This document shows, one piece after another, positions 1 through 11,650 of a DNA stretch of 64,000 nucleotides; the first letter of the stretch is position 1, and every line of letters begins with the position of its first letter. Position numbers and translations under genes: made by a program. Source of the stretch: Syncephalis fuscata S228 (Eukaryota; Fungi; Zoopagomycota); assembly GCA_025786725.1 (NCBI GenBank), contig JAHLTZ010000004.1:62001-126000 (forward strand), in the 5' to 3' direction. Below the pieces are notes generated by a model. The model had not been told where the DNA came from, did not search any database, and worked only from the letters and a program-made list of their open reading frames with translations.

Positions 1-2027
1 ATCGGATGAGTCGCAAGATCCACAAGTACAGCTTATTATTGCATTGGCCGGTCTTAAACACGTCCGTGATGTTTTGTGTGGTACTGCGCCAGAATTTGAT
101 TCAACTGTTCTTGACAATCTCGAAGATGATTGGGTTGATTTAATGGAAGAAAAAGAGACAGCGAAGACTGAACGCTTATCAATGGACAATGGTCAGTCGG
201 GAAACGTTCAGGAATCCGTAGGCGAGGATGGTGGTGATATGTTGTCGTTATCATTATCTTCCACCACACAGACAAATGTCGATACGCTGGTAGGTTCGGC
301 TGAAACGTCTACGGATTCCAAATCCCCTCCCAATATCAGTCAAGAGCCGAAAGAAGCAGCGCAAACAACCAAACCAGCTAAGGAAAAGCCAGCATCTTCA
401 AAAGAAACAAATAAAAAGAAGAGTATTGATTTACAGAAAGAAAATGCGCCAACTGGAAAGCGTACAGGTAAATCTACGGCTATAACATCACCCGTACGAT
501 CTCCGAGTATTTAGCGTTGAGGAGATTATTGCTGAAACAGCACCTGTACCATCGGAGCAAAGTAAACATGAACAATCATTGGCTAGTGATGCAAAGAAGA
601 CAAATCCAGTAGCACCAACTTCGCCATCAGCATCAGCCGATAAAATAACCTCTGCCAATGAGCGAATTAAGCGTGTATTACAACGAACACCTACTAAGCC
701 TAAGCCCAAGATGTCGTCTAATCCTCGTGCCACTGTTGCATTAGGTGAACAAGTGTCGGTTGATCCATTAGGAGCACTAATGGGTGAGCCCAGTCCTATT
801 TTACCGTCTTCTATGCGTAAAAGTCCTTCTGTTCATAGTGCACGTTCGGCAAAAAGTACAGCAAGCACAAAAAGTAAACGATTAACGGCAGATCAATTAG
901 CACAAATGGCAGATTTGGATGATTCAACAAATACGGCCACCACAAGTAAAAAGACAGGTTCTGCATCAACTACTGCATCTGTAAAAACTGTTGTTAACAA
1001 AACAGCGACCACAGCCATAACTAGTACTAATACTGTTGCTACAAAATCGCCAACATCTTCAACTAAAGAACCAAAACGCAGTGTGCCACCTGTGACATTA
1101 CCACCGGAATCGACTGATCCATTAAATACAGTGCAAGTATCGCGTAAATCAACAGGACCAAAATTAGATCCAAAGTTGGCTAAAGTAATAAAGCGAACGC
1201 CCAAATATCGCTCAACAGATGCCATTATGAAGGAAATGGCTCGTTGGGAGAAAAATGCGCAAGGAGAAAGCAGTGAAGAGGAAGAGGATGAAGATACACG
1301 TCCTATTGGTCATATGGGTATTGATACAAGACATATAGATCCATCGCGTATCGGTCGTCCATTAGTAGAGACAGAGGATAATTCTGACACTTCATCATTT
1401 GCACTGGCTGCAGATATAGGTGCTGGTGCATGGAACGAAGAGTTCCATCATGGAGTGAAGATGGTAGGTCCGCCATTGCCACCAACAGACTTGGCGCCGG
1501 AAATATCTGCCGGTGAATGGGCAAATCATACACCGGAACCAGAAGTATCCACAGCTACCATGGCAGCTATTGATATACCAGACTTTGCTGCTGATGCACT
1601 TGGATGGTCGGCCGCAGAAGATGAAGACGAAGAAGAGGAGCAAGAGGAGAGAAATACGTTTTCAATTGGTACGAATGAGCGACGTACAAGTGAAGCGTCG
1701 CAATCATTTAGTTCACGCGCATTGGAGGAGGATTATGTATTTGCCTCGGCAGCATCTACTGCTTCTTTACACTCGATCACCTCTATTCCTGCTACCATAT
1801 CACCGACTACCGATACATTTTCTCCAGTAGAAAACAACGATTTAAACGGGTTTTCTATGCCCGAAACAATCGGTGGTGCGGCACCATGGCACACTAGTGA
1901 TATGAATCATTCTAATGCATTTGCTACTCAAGTGCACCAAGAAGAGGAGGAGACAACAACACATGCGCCGCCTTCCTCGTATCATATAACAAATAACATG
2001 GAGAGCGAATGGAATCCATGGTCATAA
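1..2027 (+). CDS. 3' part of an uncharacterised protein (short helical segment followed by a long S/T/E/P-rich disordered tail); 5' end lies outside the window
   Basis: Frame is open from base 2 to 514 and continues in the frame of ORF 579-2027. The two join if one T is removed from 'agtatttagc' at ~511. No family recognised. Confidence 0.6.
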
Positions 2028-2195
2028 TAAAGTGAAATCGTTTAATTAATATAAATAAATATCAATTGCTTGATTTATTGATATGAATAAATATTTGACA
2101 ATTATTTTTACTAATGTTTAATTCTAACTGACATGGATAGTATCTAATAAATTTCTTTTATTGTATGAATAAGTAGCGAATAAAAATGCGAATAA

Positions 2196-3549
2196 CTAAA
2201 TAAGTCTATGGTTTTTGTTTATAAATCTACTTTTTAATGGACCTGGATAATGTATATCTAGATATTCTTCTGGTGTAGGACGATCTTCAAATCGAGGGGC
2301 GAGCAAAGTCTTGATCATACTAATCAGCGGTTCGAGTGCAGTTTTAGTAGTCGGATCGGCGTCAATATCAAATAATAAAGGGTCAAGTCCTTTTTGACGG
2401 ACATTGGTAATCTTTAATTTTAGGATAGAACGTGAGACTCCTTCAAATAGACCACGGCCAAATAGCACACGATAGAAGCTGGCACCAATAGCCCAGGTAT
2501 CCTTTTTGCGTGGATCGAATGGCAAGTTTGGCACATAGACTTCAGGAGCCATGTAAAGTGGTGTACCGCTAATGGTATTTAGTACCAGTGCCACTTTATT
2601 TTTCTTTATGTATTCGAGTGGCGTGGTCACATCAAAGTCTATAAGTTTAGCCCGTGGATACTTGACATAAGTTGTATTGATGGCGATATCTATAATTAAA
2701 ATAGAATACATGTTATCTATCAGTATATAATAACAACACCAATGGTTTAGTCAACTTACTTTCAGGTTTAATGTCGTTATGAACAAGTCTCGCTCGATGT
2801 AAATAAGCAGCCCCTAATTAATTGTAATCATTGGTTATCAACTTGGTTGATGATTAACTATTAAAAATACAATACACTCACCTCGTAGAATTTGTGTGAA
2901 TATCTTGGTAATACTTTAGCTTTTGTTGCTAAATCCATATCTTGCGTATAGGTCATTAGATTCTCATCTCCACCGTTGGATAGTACAAAGCAATAATTGT
3001 TATTGTAGTCAAATTTAAGAAAGCTGCGCACAACAAATTGCCGACCACTTGCTAATGGTCCTTTTAATTTCGTTTCTGCATCATTGAGAATCTATCAAGC
3101 AAGCTATTAGTATGTTGTATTAGCTAATTAACCATTTACTTGCCTTAAATGCATTAGATTCCGTATTAATGGTAAATTTACTTTGTCTATTTGCTCTAGC
3201 ATCGTCCACTTTATAATTGGTACATTTGGTGATGGTTTGTCTAGTCACAGCGTTTTCATCGGTGTAGGTTGATTTGGCAAGATTCATAATTCTATTTTTT
3301 ATAATGACTTGCTCGATTTTAAGACCAGGTTGGCCAAATGCATTTTCTCTATCTAGGCTTTGTGACAAAAACCGTGTAGCCACAATAGTATCTATTAATT
3401 CAGCTATTAGCTTTTATTATATAAATTGACGTATTAATACCTGAATTTGCGACAGATCCTAACGGTGTTGCAGCGGCAAAACATGCTGTTGAAATGACGA
3501 TAAACGCACTAATGCTAAAAATGCCTAAATGTTTTTGACTAAAAATCAT
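2196..3549 (-). CDS. Signal-peptide-bearing Ser/Thr protein kinase-like protein (5 exons)
   Basis: Exon 1 reads MIFSQKHLGIFSISAFIVISTACFAAATP (hydrophobic leader). Kinase motifs across exons: HNDIKPE(N), KLIDFD, GTPLYMAPE, DTWAIG, RPT. One intron uses a GC donor (AAG/GCAAGT, ~3143). Confidence 0.8.
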
Positions 3550-4119
3550 GATGTTCTAAAGTTATCGAGTAATGGAATGACGATAATGTTTTATGAAAAC
3601 AATGACCATAAGTCTTATTGTTTAAATAGTTTGGTTATTCATTTACCATAGGAAACGAACATTGTATTATTTTGGATAAACTTCCGATCTACCCGATTTC
3701 GGTTATGCGCGGAAGAATAAATAGTAACGTCGCATTGAAAAAATCTAGTTTTTCTTCCTTTTTTGTATTAGATGCAGCAGTTATTTGAATAAATTAAGGT
3801 GCATTTTTTACACATCTATGATGCAAATAGTCAATGCCTCGTGTTATTATTTAATGCTATTCAATATTCAGTATCATGCCATTACACGTGCTCTCAAACA
3901 TCATAGCAAGATAACGGACTGTTATATATGAAGATTTAACTGATTAAGCATGATACTGGTTATATAATATAAACGTGTGTTTGCATATGTATATTAGTGA
4001 CGTTTAAAATTTATTAAATGAAACGTACTGTTAGCCAGTCTTGCTTCATACGCATTACTACATGACAAAATCACGTTTGAGTTTTATAAACTGATTAGGA
4101 CAGGGAAATGGACAAGAAA

Positions 4120-4728
4120 TTATAGCAAGTAAGCAGCTGAAGCCAAAAGAGCAACAGCGCTGACGGATACCCATGAAGAGCTGGCCTTAAGGGCAGCACC
4201 TGAGGTGGCGCTAGCACCCTTGGCCAACAATTTCACAGCAGGTGCTGGGTGCTCGCTGTTGGCAGCGGTATCGGTCCAGTTGGTGTTACCACTAACACAG
4301 GTTTGATAGAGCTCGAAAGCGAGCTTATCGCTGTCATTTGGCTTGATGGGTGTTTTGAGGGTCAAGCCGAAATCGAGATAGGCATTATCAGGCAAAGTGT
4401 TGTTGCCAGCTGGATCGGCAGTCCAGGTGACGGTATCAACCGTGCTGTTGACGGTCTTGCCATCGGAAACGAATGGCGTCTCGAGTGCACGTTGCGTAAC
4501 TGACACTTGCCAGCCAGCAATGTAGGCGCCCTTTACGGACGAGGTGTTGGTGGGCAGCTTGATGGTGACCTTGTTAGTGGGAGAGCCATTGCAGCCGTGA
4601 GGAATACGGAAGGCAATTGTCGAGTAAGTGTCGGCATTGATGTTGGCCGGGGTAATAGAAACATGAGCATCGACCAAGACGACGGATGCAACGGCAACAA
4701 TAGCGGCAAGAATAGTAGACTTGAACAT
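4120..4728 (-). CDS. YcnI/DUF1775-family copper-binding protein, secreted and probably GPI-anchored
   Basis: Signal peptide MFKSTILAAIVAVASVVLVDA followed by mature N-terminal HVSITP. Family motifs FRIPHGC, VTW, YQTC..G..NW and EHPAP. Hydrophobic C-terminal tail after small residues. Intronless. Confidence 0.85.
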   Translation of the reverse strand: MFKSTILAAIVAVASVVLVDAHVSITPANINADTYSTIAFRIPHGCNGSPTNKVTIKLPTNTSSVKGAYIAGWQVSVTQRALETPFVSDGKTVNSTVDTVTWTADPAGNNTLPDNAYLDFGLTLKTPIKPNDSDKLAFELYQTCVSGNTNWTDTAANSEHPAPAVKLLAKGASATSGAALKASSSWVSVSAVALLASAAYLL

Positions 4729-6453
4729 GATAATAGATGAACTGAAAGAAATTTCGATAGTAGGCTTACACGATAAAATTAGCAAGTGGCGCAGATGAGT
4801 TCGATAGAGGAGGAGGAAGAGAATAAGTTTGATTATTTATTGCCCATCCCGGCAGCTGAGACATACAACAACACATCAATGCACATAGTTCGGGAATTGC
4901 TATTGTCTATTCCTGTAAATAAGGCAACTAACCAAAAAAGGAAAATTTCTTTTTATCTCTTTTCTCGCGTCATACTGGCCTATTCCGTCTGCCTGGCCTG
5001 TATCCGAAAGAACATCAGAGGCCCTTTCCTTTTTTCATTCATGGCCATCTCGGCAAACCGGTCGTTACGTTTGACTAAACAGCACTCGTGACCTGTATCG
5101 AAGTCTATAGAAGAAGCTGCCGAAGCTGCAACAAAAGCTAAAAATAGCTTAATGGCAAGTAGGTGTAAGTGTGTGTATGGGTATCTGTTATGCTTATCAT
5201 CGGGGCGGCACAGCGGATCCCAGACTAGCCGAAAAAGGCTAGAGTAGCAACTTTCATTGGCTGCAAATGTTAGAGACCGCATTACCCATTGCCGCTAACT
5301 AGCTGAGTTTTATTTTCTAAAAGTGCGAAAATCCCACGTTAAATAGTCCGTCATCATTTGTCATAATTAGTTAAAGTTGGCAGCTTTACTTGACCACGGC
5401 CAATCCGATTAAGTAGTATGCTTCCGCACTACTTTCCATAGACACGCCCGATAAGTACGGGCACTACTAAGGCCGGAATGGGAGTAACTCGTCGCTTTCA
5501 AGTTAGCGAAGAGGGGTCACATCCCTTGTCTTGGACCAATCACCGGCATAGACATGCTAACCGGAAATGGGTGAAACTTGCACTAATCTAAATTTGTTCT
5601 AGCTTCTTGGCTATCTATTGGATCGGCGTTATGAAACGAATTCATCCACAGACACACCATTACCGCTGAATACTAATGCGTATGCTTCCACCTTTTTCAC
5701 TTTCCCGAAATGCAACCACTATCCGTTCCTTCTTCTTGTCGTCACTTTTCTTTATTTTTGTGCTAACTAAATTCGTCGATCTATCTGCACTGGACCATTA
5801 ATCATTCCTTCTTGTCAGCTGTTTCATCGGATGTAGAACAAAGACTGTCGACATTTTATCGTTAATTTGTGTAAGTAATAATGTGCCAAGAGTTCTACAT
5901 TGGCACTCCACGTTACCCTTGAACTTGTTCGTGCTATCAATGGCCAATGAAGTGATTGTAGTAACATGGCATTTTAACTTAAGGTGGATAAATTATTTTT
6001 ACTGCGATTCTGGCATAAATCGCCGTGCTAATTAAAGAAAACGAGTACCTTCCATTGACATTTCAATCAGTATCGTCATCATCGTTCTTTTCTTCCATAA
6101 GATATTTATAATATCTAAAATTACATATAAAAGCCGACAGCGCATCTGTCTCGACCATTTGCCCCCACTCATTGTCCTCGAAATTATTATCTGTTTTACG
6201 TTTCTGACGCCGTCGAAAGCCAGACATCTGGTTAATTTACGGCTATTGTCCGCAATTATTGTGTAGTAGTTTAGTTTTTTCTACCTTTATTGCGATCGTT
6301 TATGGGCTATTCGTTTGCGCTTTCTATTATCACACTCTAGTATTTTGACATCTTACTGATCTTCTACTTGTTTGTAGAATCACCCATCCGCATTAATACT
6401 ATTATTAGTTTTTGAATATTAATAATACGGCCGTCTTTAAACGACACGTCAAC

Positions 6454-7752
6454 ATGACATCCCGCCGCGTGGCCACCGCCTCCACACAACATCTACTTTT
6501 CTTGGCAGCTAGTTCTGCCCTATTTATCGCCGCCCCTGTCTTTGCCCATGGCGGCATCGACGATGGTGATGGTGATCCTAATGCCCCTCTTGAAAATGCC
6601 CCCGGCAATCCAGATGGCCACGTTTTGGCCCATGGTAACGTCGGTCTAGCATTTGGTCTAACTGCACTGGCTGCCGCTGCCTGTATTCTTGGCTCCACTC
6701 TGCCGTTCCTCGACATCCTTCTGGCTCGTGTATTCGGCATGAAGGACTTTGACTTTACACGTAGCAAGCCTTTCTTGGCCTCTTCCATTTCTTTTGCCGC
6801 CGGTGTTCTGCTCTATCTTTCTTTGGGCGATCTATTTCCAGAAGCTATTGGCAATTGGGCCTCAAGCTTTAAGCCCAAGACAACGCAACGCAAAGCCGCC
6901 GGCATTATTGCTGTTGCTATTTTGACCGGTACTGTTTTGCTTATCTTTTTGTCAAAACGTTTGGCCCGCCATTGGCGCGCTACTCGTAATAATCCAGAGG
7001 AAGCAGCCAATAGCAATGCTGATCTTAACCGTATTGGCGGCTGCCGCTGCTGTGGCTCCAAAGACTGCTTCTGCGATGTTACCGTAGCTGGTAATATTCC
7101 ATTGCCTAATGGCGAGTGTGCTTGTTTGAAGACACCTGTTGCCAAGAAGGCCGATTCGGACACCTGCTGTGAAGTTCCATCCACCGAAATGACTGAACGT
7201 GACCTTGAATCTAATGAACACCGATCTGGAGCTCCACAAGTCGTGCACGACCCCCACTTTGGTGAAGTCCGTCGTCCAGTTAACTCGACCGAATTCCGTC
7301 GTCTTGGTCTGCAGATCGCCGGTGCTCTTCTTGTTCATAATTTTCCCGAAGGTTTGGCTACATTTGCCACTACACTAGCCTCAGCACGTATCGGTACTAT
7401 GTTCGGCATTGCACTTGCTCTACACAAGATTCCAGAGGGTGTCATGATCTCTTTGCCCATCTACGTTGCAACCGGCTCAAGATGGAAGGGCTTTTTGGTA
7501 TCTGCCGTTATCGGTACTATCTCTCAGTTCCTAGGTGCCCTTCTTGGCTACCTGCTTTTTGTGACTTACTGGAACTCGGCCATTTCCGGATCTATTTTCG
7601 CTATTGTTACCGGTGTGCTGCTCTACACCGTTATTGGTAATATGCTTCCACTTGCACGTTCATTTGACACTGAAGACCGCTATGTGACCATCTGGGTCTT
7701 TATTGGCATTATCTTCTTTGCCACTGTTGCCAGTTTGTTTAGCTTTGCTTAA
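6454..7752 (+). CDS. ZIP-family (ZupT/GufA-like) divalent metal transporter
   Basis: About 8 hydrophobic segments, SFAAGVLLY, TM4 HNFPEG and TM5 HKIPEG. First ATG at 6454. Likely 5'-UTR intron at 5871-6377. Confidence 0.9.
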   Translation: MTSRRVATASTQHLLFLAASSALFIAAPVFAHGGIDDGDGDPNAPLENAPGNPDGHVLAHGNVGLAFGLTALAAAACILGSTLPFLDILLARVFGMKDFDFTRSKPFLASSISFAAGVLLYLSLGDLFPEAIGNWASSFKPKTTQRKAAGIIAVAILTGTVLLIFLSKRLARHWRATRNNPEEAANSNADLNRIGGCRCCGSKDCFCDVTVAGNIPLPNGECACLKTPVAKKADSDTCCEVPSTEMTERDLESNEHRSGAPQVVHDPHFGEVRRPVNSTEFRRLGLQIAGALLVHNFPEGLATFATTLASARIGTMFGIALALHKIPEGVMISLPIYVATGSRWKGFLVSAVIGTISQFLGALLGYLLFVTYWNSAISGSIFAIVTGVLLYTVIGNMLPLARSFDTEDRYVTIWVFIGIIFFATVASLFSFA

Positions 7753-8199
7753 GCAAGCCGCCATTAGTACTTGACAATCTATCATTTACCACTTTTGTGA
7801 AAATAAAGCATAATATCGTATGTATCGACGAAAACTTGGTGTCATTTTTTTATTTAGAATATACAGTTATTTTATTATTGTTATTATTAACATTTTGTTT
7901 AATACTTGCATTATATCCATAAACAGCATTGCTTTGTTTTAAATTTTAAATTTAGCATTAATAATACCTATGCCGTTATTGACAAAATACTGGCCCTTGA
8001 TGTGTACTAACATTTATTTTAACATTCAAATACAATGTATTGACTGGCTAATATAGTTTCGACACTAAATTTATTCTTTATTGGCCGCCAACTATTACAG
8101 TTTAATAAACTGAATAACTTGTATTACATTAAGTATAATGAAATTGAATTAAAAACGATTATTCTTTTGTTGAATTAGGTAGATAGTTATTAAAACATT

Positions 8200-9120
8200 T
8201 TATTTAGCTTCAAGCCTTTTCGGCAGTGGTGCCGTAAACTGACCAACAGGCATTCCAGTGGTTTTAGCAATCCATGATATAAAGTAATCTATACGAGCAT
8301 AAAATTCTACGTTTCCCTCTGCACCACAGATACTTGGATCATGGTTTAGCATATCCCTGGTAAAACTAGTGACACCGGCTTGTAACCATGCCACAGCGGC
8401 CCTTTTACCGACGGCACCGTTAGAGCCTGTGACCCTAGCCAACAAAGGACTGCCAGAGTCCCCACGGCAGGGAGTTTTTCCACGTACGTATGCAGTACAT
8501 AGTAATTGATCAAGGTGCTGTAAATAATTTTCACTAGCTTTAGCACAAAATTCTGGACTTCCATTACAAAGTTCAACTCGTTTTAGTTTTGTTACCAATT
8601 TTTGCGTTAAATCTTTGCCTCATCCAGCAATTGTAAACATCTGATTTACTGATAATTTGGATTCATTCTTAATAAGCTTGACAGGCTGAATTGTATGGGT
8701 AAACTTGAGTGGACGACTTAGTTCTAACAAACCAATGCCATATCTAACCATGGTTCTAGTATATTTGGGATGTGCATAAACATTCTTCGGAGCAATTGAA
8801 TTACGATTTACATCAGAGTTCAGCCCAATGTTGATAGCATATTTTGATGGATCTCTTATAGCCGTTATTCCTGTTTTCTCATGCTCATCACCATCGACTA
8901 CACAATGGGCGGCCGTTAAGATCCAACGGTCGCCGATAATGGAACCTGAACACACATTATCTTGATTGTATAGAAGACGGACGACAAACGAAAGTTCGGC
9001 AACTGTAGTGCTGTCACCTCCAGCAATTTGCATCACTGGATTGAATGGGGTGGCTTTTGCCATGTGCAATGTAGCGATTACAATGGCGGTCAATGTTGTA
9101 ATTAAGTTCGGCTTAACCAT
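8200..9120 (-). pseudogene. Secreted trypsin-like (S1A) serine protease, disrupted
   Basis: Signal peptide, IAGG, CSGSII..WILTAAHC and GDSGSP are present. An in-frame TGA at 8620-8622 replaces W of the conserved AGWG, and ORFs 8620-9120 and 8200-8598 share a frame. The catalytic Asp motif DIALL reads GIGLL. Confidence 0.8.
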
Positions 9121-9670
9121 TGTTGCGGATATTTGTAGTGCTGATACACAAAACTACTTCAAGATTTTATTAAAAAATATTAAAATGTTGATATTATAGT
9201 TGATGCACGCAATGCTTTGAATTGTAAATGACTGCCGTATTCTGGGAAATAAGGTGTCATTTAAATAGTGAATTAAACAATTAGGCTTTTTTGAACTACA
9301 CTACTGGCCTGTGCTTTTTGTTTTTAAAACCACAAACGAAGCCAAAATCATATGTCATGCCATCATAAACATTTGGTTTATTGCACTAAAAATATTTTAT
9401 TTGTTCAAGCTAATAATTAATCAATATTGCTAATGAGCTATATTTTTGGTATACGCTACAATATTTTAAAAGTAAAAGTAAAAATAACAATAATAAGTTT
9501 TCATTATTCTTTGTAGGCTGCTGCTTATTGTTTAAACTTTATTGCACAATACTATTACTTATAGTAACAAAGATCTAGTCTTTGTGGATTAATCTATATT
9601 TACGAGGCAGTAGACTATGCTACACACAAGATACAATGCAACAATATAGCACAATATTTAATATTTATAT

Positions 9671-10334
9671 TGTTACTATTCCACTAAGAGTAGAATAATA
9701 AACGGATTACTAATATTATGCTTGGTCTTGAGTGACCTATAATGTTAGTAATTAGTGTTATATAAGACTTACTTAATTGTTTTTATTAATAAAGATTATC
9801 AACCTTTAATTAATAATTTCTACAGAAGTAGAATAAATGACTAGAATATTGTTAGCTCAGATAAAAAGATCAGTTCAGTCTAGCAATCACTGCAAGACTG
9901 AAATGATCAAAAGGTTCAAAATTCAAATAAAATAAAAAAGAATTTAAACCAAGATAAGATAATGTTTATTAAGATTAAAAATATGGTTGCCATTTTATAG
10001 CAAATGGTCTTGGATATTAGGAAGGAAGAACTTGAACGGCTTGTCTGTTCAATTTCTTCTTCCGGCAATATGGGGCTAGTTTTACTGTAATAAGTAATAT
10101 GGAGCCGTGAATTGCAAGTATTTATAGGCGCTGTGTTTCTTGCCAAGAGTTAGAAACGATTGTAGTGTTGGGATCGTCGTGTCTTAACCGAAAGAATGGC
10201 CATCTTTTACTAGGACCCTGACTATTACCAGAAATGGGAATAGTCACGTGATGAAGTTATTGCTAATTAAGTTTTCTACCAAATATGGTAAATAACGCAA
10301 CTTACACCACAATTATACTGGTGAAATAGTAACA
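9671..10334 (-). repeat. 3' LTR (664 bp)
   Basis: Begins TGTTACTATT and ends AATAGTAACA (10-bp terminal inverted repeat). No mismatch seen against 16244-16907. Confidence 0.97.
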
Positions 10335-11644
10335 TTCCCCTGTACCAGACTAGAATGGGTCCTCACATTCGGCCATGAAGGAAAGAAAGGACGAAGTCGG
10401 TCGCGGTGTACTATTTCAAAGGGTCTGGCACTATCTTTGCCTTTAGTTTCCAACATAAAAGTACCATTGTTGTAATCATCGACAATCAAGAAGGGACCGC
10501 GCCAGCGTACATTTAATGCGTGGTCCAGCCGTGCATCTTCTTCACTTTTTCGAATCCAAGCAAACTTACCAATAGTGAGAATATTTTCTGCTTTTGGCTG
10601 CTTAGGTAGCTTTTGTTGGTGACGCTGTACTGAACGTAGTTGAGACTGTTGTTGGCGTTGTTTGGCGAGTTGTCGTTTTAATTCTACTCCTTCCAATCGT
10701 GCCCATGATGATATTATGTTAGTCTTTTCATCTTGTTCTATAGCTACCATATAAGTCGGGTAAGTGCTTTCGGCGATAGTACGAGCTGGTACACCGAATA
10801 ACAATTCGAAGGGCGAGTATCCAGTAGTATCTTGTTTACGTATGTTGTACATATGCGTAACTTGCGATAGTACTTGACACCAGTAGGTGGTTGATAGTTT
10901 TTGAGTAACGTACTTAGCTAACATTTCTTTCAAAGTGCGATTTACTCGTTCGACTAAGCCATTAGTTTGTGGATGATACGGACTAGAATGGACGTGTGGT
11001 ATATTGTATTTGTCCAACAAGTCATTGACTGCTCCAGCAAATTCTTTACCATGGTCGGTTAATAACTCGGCTGGCAGTCCAAAGCGCTGAAATAATTGTT
11101 CTTCGATAAATTGTGCAACCTTAGAAGCTGTTTTAAGCTTTAAAGATCGTGTTTCCATCCACTTAGTTAGATAGTCGATTGCTACAATAATATACCTTTT
11201 TCCGGATTTGCTACGTGGTAAAGTCATTAGATCGATACCAAATCGATGAAATGGTGCAACCACTGGTATTGGTCGCATGGGTTGGACACGTTGTGATCGG
11301 GCACGTTGCTGACAGGCAGTACATCCGCGAACATAGGCCTGAATATCATTTTCCATGCCAGGCCAAAAATACTTATGATTAATACTAGTTAAAGTTGATT
11401 GGTACGCAAAGTGTCCAGCTTTGTCGTGATGTAAATGTAAAATATGTCGTGCCTCTTTAAAGGGGACGACGCGTAGAGGAGGGCGATTGTGTTTAGATGA
11501 TAGATAAAATAAAGTGTTGTTACTGCTAAGAATATAATTTTTTGTTGTTTCTTTAAATTGATTATAGTTGTGGTTAGTAATATTAGTAGGGCGTTCATTA
11601 TGTCGTAAATATCTGACAAGCTGTTCGTAGAGCTCGTCTTCCAT
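10313..11644 (-). CDS. Retrotransposon integrase (stand-alone ORF, 443 aa)
   Basis: HHCC (HDKAGH...CTAC), DDE core (GIDL, LLTDHG, GLVERVN) and GPY/F motif WRGPF. No chromodomain. Has its own ATG, and the ORF runs through the PPT into the 3' LTR. Confidence 0.95.
   Translation of the reverse strand: MEDELYEQLVRYLRHNERPTNITNHNYNQFKETTKNYILSSNNTLFYLSSKHNRPPLRVVPFKEARHILHLHHDKAGHFAYQSTLTSINHKYFWPGMENDIQAYVRGCTACQQRARSQRVQPMRPIPVVAPFHRFGIDLMTLPRSKSGKRYIIVAIDYLTKWMETRSLKLKTASKVAQFIEEQLFQRFGLPAELLTDHGKEFAGAVNDLLDKYNIPHVHSSPYHPQTNGLVERVNRTLKEMLAKYVTQKLSTTYWCQVLSQVTHMYNIRKQDTTGYSPFELLFGVPARTIAESTYPTYMVAIEQDEKTNIISSWARLEGVELKRQLAKQRQQQSQLRSVQRHQQKLPKQPKAENILTIGKFAWIRKSEEDARLDHALNVRWRGPFLIVDDYNNGTFMLETKGKDSARPFEIVHRDRLRPFFPSWPNVRTHSSLVQGNVTISPV
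10335..10346 (-). other. Polypurine tract
   Basis: GGTACAGGGGAA immediately precedes the 3' LTR on the minus strand. Confidence 0.7.
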
Positions 11645-11650
11645 TTAAGA

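Noticed and set aside
468-514. GT-AG intron as the explanation for the break in the first gene
   Set aside because: Splicing 468-514 gives the wrong phase; a single extra T explains the break better.
5974-5987. aacttaaggt as a Zap1-type zinc-responsive element
   Set aside because: It does not fit ACCTTNAAGGT in length or sequence, and the relevant regulator in this lineage is unknown.
6405-7338. Antisense ORFs over the ZIP, YcnI, CHS and 61694-62323 regions
   Set aside because: These are shadow ORFs caused by codon bias in the real genes.
8620-8622. In-frame TGA as selenocysteine
   Set aside because: It aligns with a conserved Trp rather than Cys, and no SECIS is evident.
9916-10146. 76-aa ORF duplicated at 16489-16719
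   Set aside because: It is duplicated only because it lies in the LTR. It has a TTG start spanning the TATA box and no recognisable homology; it is not an env gene.
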